From assembly GCA_050952625.1 (NCBI GenBank), contig JBMNLH010000004.1, positions 128,001 to 192,000 of the forward strand: 64,000 nucleotides of DNA, given 5' to 3'. The notes under the pieces were generated by a model. It had not been told where the DNA came from. It made no database searches and worked only from the letters and a program-made list of their open reading frames with translations. The translations under genes and the position numbers were made by a program. Positions 8,817 through 16,545 of this stretch are shown here, piece by piece. This DNA comes from Bacillota bacterium (GTDB lineage Bacteria; Bacillota; Ch66; Ch109). Each line of letters opens with the position of its first letter. Within the stretch, counting starts at the first letter, position 1.

Positions 8817-9860
8817 TTAACGACCGCAAACCAGAATGGAAAACGATTCTGGTTCTCGCACCCGCCCCACAACCCAACCGGATTGTCCTTGGGCGTGCAG
8901 TTGGCGCAACAGGCCGTCGGCTTGGTCCTCCGCAAGGGAGATCAGTAAACCGCCGGACGTCTGCGGATCAAAAAGGCCGTCTTTGGCGTCTTCTTCAACC
9001 AGGCCGTTAAAGCCTACCCGGTCTTTCAGATAATGCTGGTTAGTGTAGGCCCCGGCCGGAATTAAACCCATTTTGGCCATGTCCCGGGCCTGAGGCAACC
9101 AGGGAATACTCTCAACCCAGATCTCCAGGGTGCATCGACTGGCGGTGGCCAGTTCATAAGCATGCCCTAATAAACCAAAGCCGGTAATATCCGTGGCGGC
9201 TCGGACGCTAAATTCTTGCATTGTCTCCGCGGCCACCTTATTTAACAGAACCATTGAGTCAATGGCCGGTTGAATATCTGCCTCATTTAAAACTTCCCCC
9301 TTAAGGGCTGTCACCAGAATGCCAGTCCCCAGGGGCTTGGTTAACACTAGGAGTTCACCAGGCTGAGCTCCCTGATTAGTTACTATTTGATTCGGATGAA
9401 CTACTCCAGTAACGGCCAGCCCGTACTTCGGTTCCGGGTCCTCAATGGTATGGCCGCCGAGAATAACGGCCCCCGCCTGGCGGACCTTATCGGCCCCGCC
9501 GGCCAGGATCTGTCCCAGGATTTGAAGATCCAGACAGTTGACCGGAAAGCAGACAATATTCATCGCGGTCAGCGGCTTGCCTCCCATCGCGTAAATATCG
9601 CTCAAAGCATTAGCCGCCGCGATTTGCCCAAAGACAAAGGGATCGTCAATCACCGGGGTGAAAAAGTCAACAGTTTGCACTAAAGCAGTCTCTTGATTAA
9701 GCTGATATACCCCAGCGTCGTCTGGGGTTTCTAGTCCTACCAACACCTCCGGGTAATTAAAGCCCGGTAAATTGCTTAGAATACTGGCCAGGGTCCCCGG
9801 ACCCACCTTGGCCGCTCAGCCGGCTGCAGTGACTAATTCAGTTAGTCTTTTAGCTGTCAT
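8817..9860 (-). CDS. selD: Selenophosphate synthetase, selenoprotein (UGA-Sec at 9816-9818)
   Basis: True start is ATG 9860: MTAKRLTELVTAAG-U-AAKVGPGTL. Also DDAGVY, TVDFFTP, TDITGFGLLGH and DPQTSGGLL motifs. Confidence 0.97.
9785..9815 (-). promoter_or_regulatory. Bacterial SECIS hairpin in selD
   Basis: Just 3' of the UGA: GGCCA...GGGUC-CGGG-GACCC-UGGCC stem-loop with a G-rich apical loop. Confidence 0.75.
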
Positions 9861-9947
9861 AACCCTGGTGTCACCACCTTCGATTAACACACATATATAC
9901 AATAAAACTGATCATTATTACGAGTATAGCTCAAAAACCAGCCGGCT

Positions 9948-10679
9948 TCAAACAAGATTTGTCCCTAACTTGCCATAAGGACAAACTGCCAAACATTTCC
10001 CGCAGACTCTTTTGCCAAACTGGGCCCGCACCTGATTCTGATATTGGTCACAAAGTTCCGGTTTTAACCGCACAGCCAGTTCTTCTGCCGGATTAAAGGC
10101 CCGTCCGGCAATGGCTCCAGCCGGACAGACATCAAAGCACAACTGACAGTTTCCACATCGATCAGCAATAGGCTGGTCCGCCGACAACGGCGCATCAGTT
10201 AGGACCGTAACCAACCGAAGCCGCGGACCAAAAACTGGGTTAACCAAGGACCCGCTTTTCCCGATCCAACCTAGTCCCGCCAGCCTAGCTGCCAAGCGGT
10301 GGGGAAAAATACCGGCTAATCGATCCCGGGAAACCCGTTGGGAGGCGGGAATTGGAAAAGCCCGAAACCCCTGACGCTGCAGATAACTGGTTAACCTTAG
10401 AGCCAGATCATCCAACCGAACATTAACCACCCGGTAATAATGCAGGTAGGTATGCGTAGGTCCTTGCAGCAATTCTTCAATTACTTCTCGCGGAAAGCTA
10501 ACGGCCAGCGAAACCGCCCGATTCAGGCCAGTAAAACTACGGCCAAATTCTTGTTCTAGATAGTTGCTGGCCTCCGATAAGTCAGCCACCCCGAACAAAT
10601 CTGCTCCCCAGGCTATAGCCAGTCTATTTAGGGTGTCCTTGAGTTTTTGATAATTAGCTGATTTTTGTTTATCGTTCAT
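9948..10679 (-). CDS. QueG / reductive-dehalogenase-like 4Fe-4S protein
   Basis: AARLAGLGWIGKS...FGPRLRLVTVLTD, CGNCQLCFDVCP and CGKCLAVCP ferredoxin motifs. Confidence 0.75.
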   Translation of the reverse strand: MNDKQKSANYQKLKDTLNRLAIAWGADLFGVADLSEASNYLEQEFGRSFTGLNRAVSLAVSFPREVIEELLQGPTHTYLHYYRVVNVRLDDLALRLTSYLQRQGFRAFPIPASQRVSRDRLAGIFPHRLAARLAGLGWIGKSGSLVNPVFGPRLRLVTVLTDAPLSADQPIADRCGNCQLCFDVCPAGAIAGRAFNPAEELAVRLKPELCDQYQNQVRAQFGKRVCGKCLAVCPYGKLGTNLV

Positions 10680-10695
10680 AATTCCTACCTTATAT

Positions 10696-10865
10696 ACGCT
10701 TGTGTTTTAACTCGGTCAGCAGACTAAACTGGGAATGAACTTCGTCGGCTTCGGGCAGGCATCAAACTCGCCTTGCAGGCTCAAACAGTGATGCCTGCTG
10801 ATCCTCAGCTGCCTCAGTTCTCTAATGTAAAACGTCAATCGCTGACCGAGTTAAAACACAAGCGT
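10696..10865. mobile_element. 170-bp MITE-like element (family A) with perfect 25-bp terminal inverted repeats
   Basis: acgcttgtgttttaactcggtcagc ... gctgaccgagttaaaacacaagcgt, with internal hairpin caggcatca...tgatgcctg. Confidence 0.8.
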
Positions 10866-10877
10866 TAGATTTTTTTC

Positions 10878-11006
10878 TGAACTCAGTCAGCAGGCTAGAC
10901 TGGGAACGAAAAAATAATATAAATCGCCAATCGCTGACCTTCGTTAAAACACGGCGCGTTAGAATTTTTTTCTGAACTCGGTCAGCAGGCTAGACTGGTA
11001 ACGAAC
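10878..11006. repeat. Internally deleted family A copies (one full short form plus a partial)
   Basis: Same ends as family A, but the central part is replaced by aaaataat. Confidence 0.8.
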
Positions 11007-11015
11007 CTTAATAAC

Positions 11016-11753
11016 CTAATACTTAAACAACCACTGGGTTATTTGCACAAAAAGACTGCCGAAATGTGGAGCTAGCTGTGAAGTTTCTAAGGCCGATCCC
11101 AAGCCCTTGATTATCCCAGAATTAATTTGATTGCCTAGGAGGCCTAAGACCGGCCAGATTAGCATAAACAAACCGAAGAGCAAGGTAAATATTAACCCCT
11201 GGGAGGTTAATGAAAAAAGAGTTCCCGCCAGCCGGTCGATGAGCCCCACTCTACCCTGTCGCCAAAAAATCAGTAATGAACCAATTAAGCGGAGTCCAAG
11301 GGTTATCCCAACCGCTAGAATTAAAAAAATCAACCCATCCTTGATTAGGCTGGCCAAGGCCTGCGAGAGCAGACTGCCCACGGTCGCAAAAACCATTTGA
11401 TTTGAATAACTAGCAATATCCACCATACAAAAACTCAGCAGGTCCTGATAATACTCGGGGAGGGGAACCTCTTGAGCCACCGCTGGCAAAAACTGAGCCG
11501 GAAAGTCTTGCAGGTCTATTCCAGCGGCCGGATGCGTCCAGTTTAAGTGTTCCCCTATCCAGTTTCCTAGACGCTGACTAAAGTCAAATTTCTGATCTAA
11601 AAACTGTCCGCAGGGTTCACAGTACCGAGCAGCGGTCCAAAACCCAACGGCCAAAGATAACAAGCCCAAAGATGTTCGCAAGAAGCCGCGGTGATAACCA
11701 ATGGCAGCGGCCCGTAAAAAAAGTACCAGAAGGAGAAGATCTAACCAATTCAA
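11016..11753 (-). CDS. CvpA (colicin V production) family membrane protein
   Basis: MNWLDLLLL...GYHRGF start and DRLAGTLF motif. Confidence 0.85.
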   Translation of the reverse strand: MNWLDLLLLVLFLRAAAIGYHRGFLRTSLGLLSLAVGFWTAARYCEPCGQFLDQKFDFSQRLGNWIGEHLNWTHPAAGIDLQDFPAQFLPAVAQEVPLPEYYQDLLSFCMVDIASYSNQMVFATVGSLLSQALASLIKDGLIFLILAVGITLGLRLIGSLLIFWRQGRVGLIDRLAGTLFSLTSQGLIFTLLFGLFMLIWPVLGLLGNQINSGIIKGLGSALETSQLAPHFGSLFVQITQWLFKY

Positions 11754-11774
11754 TTAATTCATCACTCCTTCGTT

Positions 11775-11910
11775 GCTTGTGTTTTAACTCGGTCAGCAGG
11801 CTAGACAGGGAACGAAAAAATAATGTAAATCGCCAATCGCTGACCTCCGTTAAAACACGGCGCGTTAGAATTTTTCTGAACTCGGCTAGCAGATTAGGCC
11901 GGGAACGAAA
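11775..11910. repeat. Internally deleted family A copies upstream of the cvpA-like gene
   Basis: gcttgtgttttaactcggtcagc...gctgacctccgttaaaacacggcgc followed by a partial second copy. Confidence 0.8.
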
Positions 11911-12044
11911 ATAAATAAGATGAAAATAAATAATGTTATAGATTTGACGCGACTCCTCTAAATTCCTGCATTGAGCAAAACAAACCCGACAGAAGGGCGT
12001 ATGATGTGGAACATTCGTTTCGCTTAGAGGTGAGGGTCTTTCTG

Positions 12045-12093
12045 GCGTACAGAAAAAAAGGAAGCCACCTAGACTTCCGTTTTTTCTGTACGC
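12045..12093. terminator. Long hairpin downstream of the KaiC/V4R operon
   Basis: gcgtacagaaaaaa-aggaag-ccacctaga-cttccg-ttttttctgtacgc. Confidence 0.6.
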
Positions 12094-12140
12094 TGCTGAA
12101 GGAAATTTGACGCGAATATTGACTTTTCGCTATTCCCGAC

Positions 12141-13922
12141 TTATTTAATCAAAAGATCGTTCAGGGCAATTTTTTCCCTTAGTTGCCCCATTTCTAATAA
12201 GGCTTCTTGTACCTCGTTCAACTCCGACAAATTCGGTTTGAGGTTAGTATAAATGATTCTTTGCTTATCTTCTAACAAACAGTTACGGGCAATATCTTCC
12301 GCAACATTGAAATACTTGGCCGCAATACTAGCTGCCCATAACCGATCATTCTCAATGATGCTGCCGGCAGTGATGAGTTCGTTTCTTAACTCTCGCACAA
12401 TATCCGGGTGCCGATTATAAAAACCTTGATTGACCACCATGGCACAACACAAATGCTCCGGCCAGATCTCTCGTGAGGAAACCAGGATCCGGCCGACGCC
12501 AGCTCGTTCCACCTGAGAAATAAAGGGCTCTGAACAAAAGAACCCGTCAATCTCCTCATTTTCTAGATTCAAAATCATATTAGGCGAGGGGACCGAAACG
12601 GTTCGGTAGGTTAGCCCCGAATTTTTCATCCACTTGTGCAACAGCAAACCTTCAGTGCCCAGTTTACTGGGAATAGCAATCAACAGAGGACTCTGATTTT
12701 CCCGCAAAAGAACCTGCCGGTCAGTAAAGTTTGGCTCGACCACCAAACAACCGCCATTACGGTGTCCGAAGCAAACCAGCTTAAGCAGCACACCCTGCTG
12801 GCGATAATTCAACACCGCTGGAAGCATCATAAAACCGGCGTCAACCTGACCCTCCACCACAGCCTGGTTAAGCTCGCGCCAGTAGATATAAGGTGTAAGC
12901 TCAACTTTTAAGCGGGGATTTTTGCAAAAAAGCAATTCCTGCGCCACCGGCAGGGTTAGGTGGTCCATACTTGGTATGTAGCCTATGCGGATGGAAACGG
13001 TTTTTAATTGTTTAAAATCAATTGGATTATTAAGGTGCGCCGGGGAAACCACAAAACGACAGGCACTATCCCCTTTGGCCACACAATCGGTTTCTTCACA
13101 ATTCACTTCCGCCTGGCACAAACGAGAAACTAAGCCGGCCAAAAAGCCTCGGGTAAACTCATCCATTGCCTGGAGGGAACTGGCCTCCGTTCCCTGAAGC
13201 AACTCGTTCCCCTTAAAGTAAACCTCTTGATTTTCTTCATCTAGTTTTTCTAATTCAATTTTACCTAGTCCGCCAGCGGCAAATTGTTCGAGACAGTCCT
13301 GAAGATCCCCGGTTAACCCCCGGGCAAAACGCCGGCCGGTTTTCTCCACAGAACCTTCCTGCAACCGCTCCATCTGCTCAGTAAAAATCCGCAGCAGTCT
13401 CAGAACCTGGGACTTGGTAAACAGTTGCGCTCGCGGTTTAGAGGTGGGAAACAATTCGCAGGCACATTTAACCGCTGGATTAGTCTCAATTATGGTGTAA
13501 TCGAATTCTTGACCTAAACACTCTCGAATAATCCCGACGAAAGTGAGGACGCGGATGCAAATCGCCCGTTTTTTAGCTCGCAATTGACAGGTAATCGCAT
13601 AGGGGCAGTTAGGACCCACGACCATGCGAATTCGCCCGGCTGGCAACCGGGAGAAAGAGACATTAGCCTCCTCCAGCAAACCCTCTTTTTCTAAAAGGTC
13701 CCGGTACCAGCGCATTATATCCAATGGTTTTCGAATCTCCCCACTGTTGGCTTCCAACCGGTTGATTAATTGATTGGCCGCCATCTCAGAAGCCATGGCC
13801 AGTACAGAGTGGGGTTCTCCTAAATCGTCACCAATACATCCCAGAGCGTTTACCCAGTAGTTCATTCTAGCATTTTCGGATTTTAGCTGATGCAGCAACC
13901 TTTTCGTTAAGTCCTCAGTCAC
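12141..13922 (-). CDS. V4R-like + V4R + NrtA/CmpA (NMT1-like) ligand-binding fusion protein, no signal peptide
   Basis: CPY..C..C..C V4R/MetOD-like domain, GLGKI...GFLAG...EETDCVAKGDSACRF V4R domain, and IRIGYIPSMDH...GHRNG...EPF...SREIWPEHLCC solute-binding fold. Confidence 0.75.
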   Translation of the reverse strand: MTEDLTKRLLHQLKSENARMNYWVNALGCIGDDLGEPHSVLAMASEMAANQLINRLEANSGEIRKPLDIMRWYRDLLEKEGLLEEANVSFSRLPAGRIRMVVGPNCPYAITCQLRAKKRAICIRVLTFVGIIRECLGQEFDYTIIETNPAVKCACELFPTSKPRAQLFTKSQVLRLLRIFTEQMERLQEGSVEKTGRRFARGLTGDLQDCLEQFAAGGLGKIELEKLDEENQEVYFKGNELLQGTEASSLQAMDEFTRGFLAGLVSRLCQAEVNCEETDCVAKGDSACRFVVSPAHLNNPIDFKQLKTVSIRIGYIPSMDHLTLPVAQELLFCKNPRLKVELTPYIYWRELNQAVVEGQVDAGFMMLPAVLNYRQQGVLLKLVCFGHRNGGCLVVEPNFTDRQVLLRENQSPLLIAIPSKLGTEGLLLHKWMKNSGLTYRTVSVPSPNMILNLENEEIDGFFCSEPFISQVERAGVGRILVSSREIWPEHLCCAMVVNQGFYNRHPDIVRELRNELITAGSIIENDRLWAASIAAKYFNVAEDIARNCLLEDKQRIIYTNLKPNLSELNEVQEALLEMGQLREKIALNDLLIK

Positions 13923-13933
13923 AGGCTCACTTC

Positions 13934-14653
13934 CTATCTAAAGTAGAAATCCTTATCCACAACTAAGCCTACCCCCCGTTTAATACAACACGGGAACGGA
14001 CGAGGATCATAGCCGGCGGTCCGCAACTTATGCAGCCGTAAATTACGTTGCGGAACTCCTCCCCTTTCATCCGGGAAGAATAGGTCAAGACAAACATCAT
14101 AAGCATTAGTTAAGGCGTACATCCCCGCTTCTTCCAGGGTCCCCTTTAGATACATATCCATAATTACCACATCGGGTTCGCGCAGGAGCCGATTCTTATC
14201 CTGAACCAAGGCTAAAAACTCTTTGGTTGAATAAACAGCCGATATAGAGGTTAAGGAATCTAGAACGACCCGGCAAGGCTTTTTCATTTGCCTGACGACC
14301 CGGGTAATAACATACAGAAATTCCTGCGCATCGCCTCGGTCTTTGATACAGACCACGCGTGGATCGGAAGATTCATAGGTATCTATAAAGATTAGCCGGC
14401 CCTCTCTCTCGTAGGGATCAGAGACAAAACCAAAAAAATTTAAATCTTCCCGCACCCGAGCGGCTGGCTCGTCGCAGGCGACATACACCGCCGATTCCCC
14501 TTGCCTGAGGCCTTGTACCATAAACTGGAATCCAAGCGTGCTCTTGCCCGCTCCGGACTCCCCTCGTACCTGCCAGATAGTGCCAAATGGAATCTTACCC
14601 CGAACAATTCCCTCAAGAGGAGAAAAACAAACCCCTTGATTGAGTTCACCCAT
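13934..14653 (-). CDS. Single-domain KaiC/RAD55-like RecA-superfamily ATPase
   Basis: GESGAGKST Walker A, YVACDEP, RVVLDSLT Walker B, HKLR motif. Confidence 0.88.
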   Translation of the reverse strand: MGELNQGVCFSPLEGIVRGKIPFGTIWQVRGESGAGKSTLGFQFMVQGLRQGESAVYVACDEPAARVREDLNFFGFVSDPYEREGRLIFIDTYESSDPRVVCIKDRGDAQEFLYVITRVVRQMKKPCRVVLDSLTSISAVYSTKEFLALVQDKNRLLREPDVVIMDMYLKGTLEEAGMYALTNAYDVCLDLFFPDERGGVPQRNLRLHKLRTAGYDPRPFPCCIKRGVGLVVDKDFYFR

Positions 14654-14681
14654 AAGAATCTACCCCTTTTCCTCTTTTCCC

Positions 14682-16070
14682 TTACTTGACGTAAAAGATA
14701 CGGATACCTTCTTCGGTAATTTCCATCCGGTATCGGCCGGTTACATGCTTTTGATTCCTAAGCTTATAAACCTCAATGTACCGCTTCCGGGAGCCCTGAA
14801 TCGACTCGGTCCCCAGAATAATCACACCATCACAAAGTGATTCCTCTACGCCAAAACGACCAATCTGATTTGATCCATACAGAGAGGGACTAATCAAAAA
14901 TGAGTTGCAACCATGATACTTAATAATCCGGGTTAACCGGGCAATCTTTTCCGAAACCAGACGCAAGTCATGACTCACCGTATGCATTAGCGTCGGCAAG
15001 GTATCGACCACCACGATTGAGGGAGAATGCGTCTGCATTAATTCATTAATCCGAAAAAGGTACTCTTCGATATCAACTCGGGCAAAATCTTCGTAGCTAA
15101 CAATTAACTGCCCTTTGGCAGTAAGTTCCCGAAAATTCCAGCCATAGCTCTCTGTCCGCTCAAAAATATGCTCGGGTGACTCTTCATGGAGAAATAAGAC
15201 AGCTTTGCGTCTAGAATCCTGCAGAACATTATTAATCGTTTGTAAAGATAAAGTAGTCTTCCCTACCCCGGCTGGACCGCAGAGCAAAACATTGCTGCCC
15301 AAGGGCATACCGTCTCCCAATAGGTCATCCAGTCCTTCGATCCCGGTTTTTAAAACCCCTTGAAAGAGTTGGAATTCAGGCAAGACCGGGGCCTGCCTCG
15401 GAAAGACCTGCAAGCCATCCGACGCAAAACGAAAGCCATGTTTCCCCGGCAGATGCTCATGGCCTCTGCTTTTGAGTACTTCAATCAAGCGGCGCCGGCC
15501 TTCGGTCGGGGTTTCCTGATAAGAAAGAGTAATAATTGTGTCCACCAAATACTCTTCGAAGCCGGTCGCTCCTTTGACAGACATTTCCTTTGTAAAAATG
15601 ACGGTTAAGCCCATTCGCTTCAAAGAATTGATCATACTAAACATTAATTCACGGAGGCTGGTTTCTTCAACGGTTATCCTCTGAAAGTGGGTGAAACTAT
15701 CGATCAGAATTCTTTTGATTCCCAGGCGTTCAATCAACTGGTAGATCGGCCCGCTAGGCTGCAATAACTGATCACTAATAACCTGCGGCGAGGTACAAAT
15801 TACCCGCAGCCGGTTTTCCCGCTCCATCGCTCGTAGATCCCAACCAAACCGGGCCGCATCGCGGTAGATCTGTTCCGGAAATTGCTCAAATGTAAGAATC
15901 ATTCCGGGTTCGCCCGAAAGAATCCCTTCGACAATGGTCTGCACTCCCAGGGTTGTCTTGCCGCAACCAGGGGAACCCTCGATCAGGATTGAGCTACCGG
16001 CGATAAAACCACCACAGAGAATCCTATCCAATCCTTTAATCCCTGTTGAAATTTGCAGCATAAACGTCAC
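14682..16070 (-). CDS. Double-domain KaiC-like ATPase
   Basis: Two TGI.GLD..L.GG-type domains with Walker A GSPGCGKTT and GPAGVGKTT, and KSRG / KLRN motifs. Confidence 0.92.
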   Translation of the reverse strand: MTFMLQISTGIKGLDRILCGGFIAGSSILIEGSPGCGKTTLGVQTIVEGILSGEPGMILTFEQFPEQIYRDAARFGWDLRAMERENRLRVICTSPQVISDQLLQPSGPIYQLIERLGIKRILIDSFTHFQRITVEETSLRELMFSMINSLKRMGLTVIFTKEMSVKGATGFEEYLVDTIITLSYQETPTEGRRRLIEVLKSRGHEHLPGKHGFRFASDGLQVFPRQAPVLPEFQLFQGVLKTGIEGLDDLLGDGMPLGSNVLLCGPAGVGKTTLSLQTINNVLQDSRRKAVLFLHEESPEHIFERTESYGWNFRELTAKGQLIVSYEDFARVDIEEYLFRINELMQTHSPSIVVVDTLPTLMHTVSHDLRLVSEKIARLTRIIKYHGCNSFLISPSLYGSNQIGRFGVEESLCDGVIILGTESIQGSRKRYIEVYKLRNQKHVTGRYRMEITEEGIRIFYVK

Positions 16071-16402
16071 CCCCTTTGGCCCCTATCCACTTCTTTGGAA
16101 TACTCTGGCATGGCGGTTAGCTGCGCCACCAATTCATCCATAATCTCCAAAACCGATTCCTCAGGAGAATAGGTATAAATCGCTAACAAGTCATTCCCCA
16201 TCTTCTTAACTATGCCGGTTTTATTAAGTTCTTCAAGAGCTGGCTCAACTTCATACTGATTAATTCCTACCCACCGGGCCAACCCTTCGGTAGTATCAAA
16301 CGCGCCGGGATTTCGATAAAAGAAAACAACCAGACTGCTTTGTACTACAGAACTACCTATAGAGTCAAGAAGTTGTTGAACCCTATCCTCAATAAGGTCC
16401 AT
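16067..16402 (-). CDS. Small winged-HTH-like protein, translationally coupled to the kaiC-like gene
   Basis: DTTEGLARWVG...VEPALEELNKTGIVKK..IY wHTH pattern. Its stop overlaps the next start (GTGA). Confidence 0.7.
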   Translation of the reverse strand: MDLIEDRVQQLLDSIGSSVVQSSLVVFFYRNPGAFDTTEGLARWVGINQYEVEPALEELNKTGIVKKMGNDLLAIYTYSPEESVLEIMDELVAQLTAMPEYSKEVDRGQRG

Positions 16403-16434
16403 GCATCAATCCCTCCTGCTCCCAGATAGAAGGT

Positions 16435-16469
16435 ATTCGACACAAGCCATAAAACTCCTTCTTTCGACA
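16435..16469 (-). promoter_or_regulatory. Putative sigma-H promoter with two Spo0A-box matches
   Basis: GAAGGAG-N-GTCGAAT on the minus strand (AGGA-17 nt-GAAT). TTCGACA at 16436-16442 and 16463-16469. Confidence 0.55.
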
Positions 16470-16545
16470 AACTCTGACACTAAAAAAGTTTGGCTTATTA
16501 TTATCATCGCTTAGCCTTGGTCAAAACATAAGGCTAGAGTTAATT

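Noticed and set aside
7817-8935. ORF-track N-terminal extensions (HEAT protein, and likewise MazG-like, rsmG, dnaN, MarR)
   Set aside because: Downstream starts have RBSs and match family N-termini. The extensions overlap neighbouring genes or oriC.
9948-10679. Respiratory reductive dehalogenase RdhA
   Set aside because: Too short, no Tat signal and no rdhB anchor gene. It fits the small QueG-like Fe-S family better.
14682-16070. Bona fide circadian clock kaiC
   Set aside because: No kaiA/kaiB in the window, no ST phospho-pair and no C-terminal tail. Called KaiC-like only.
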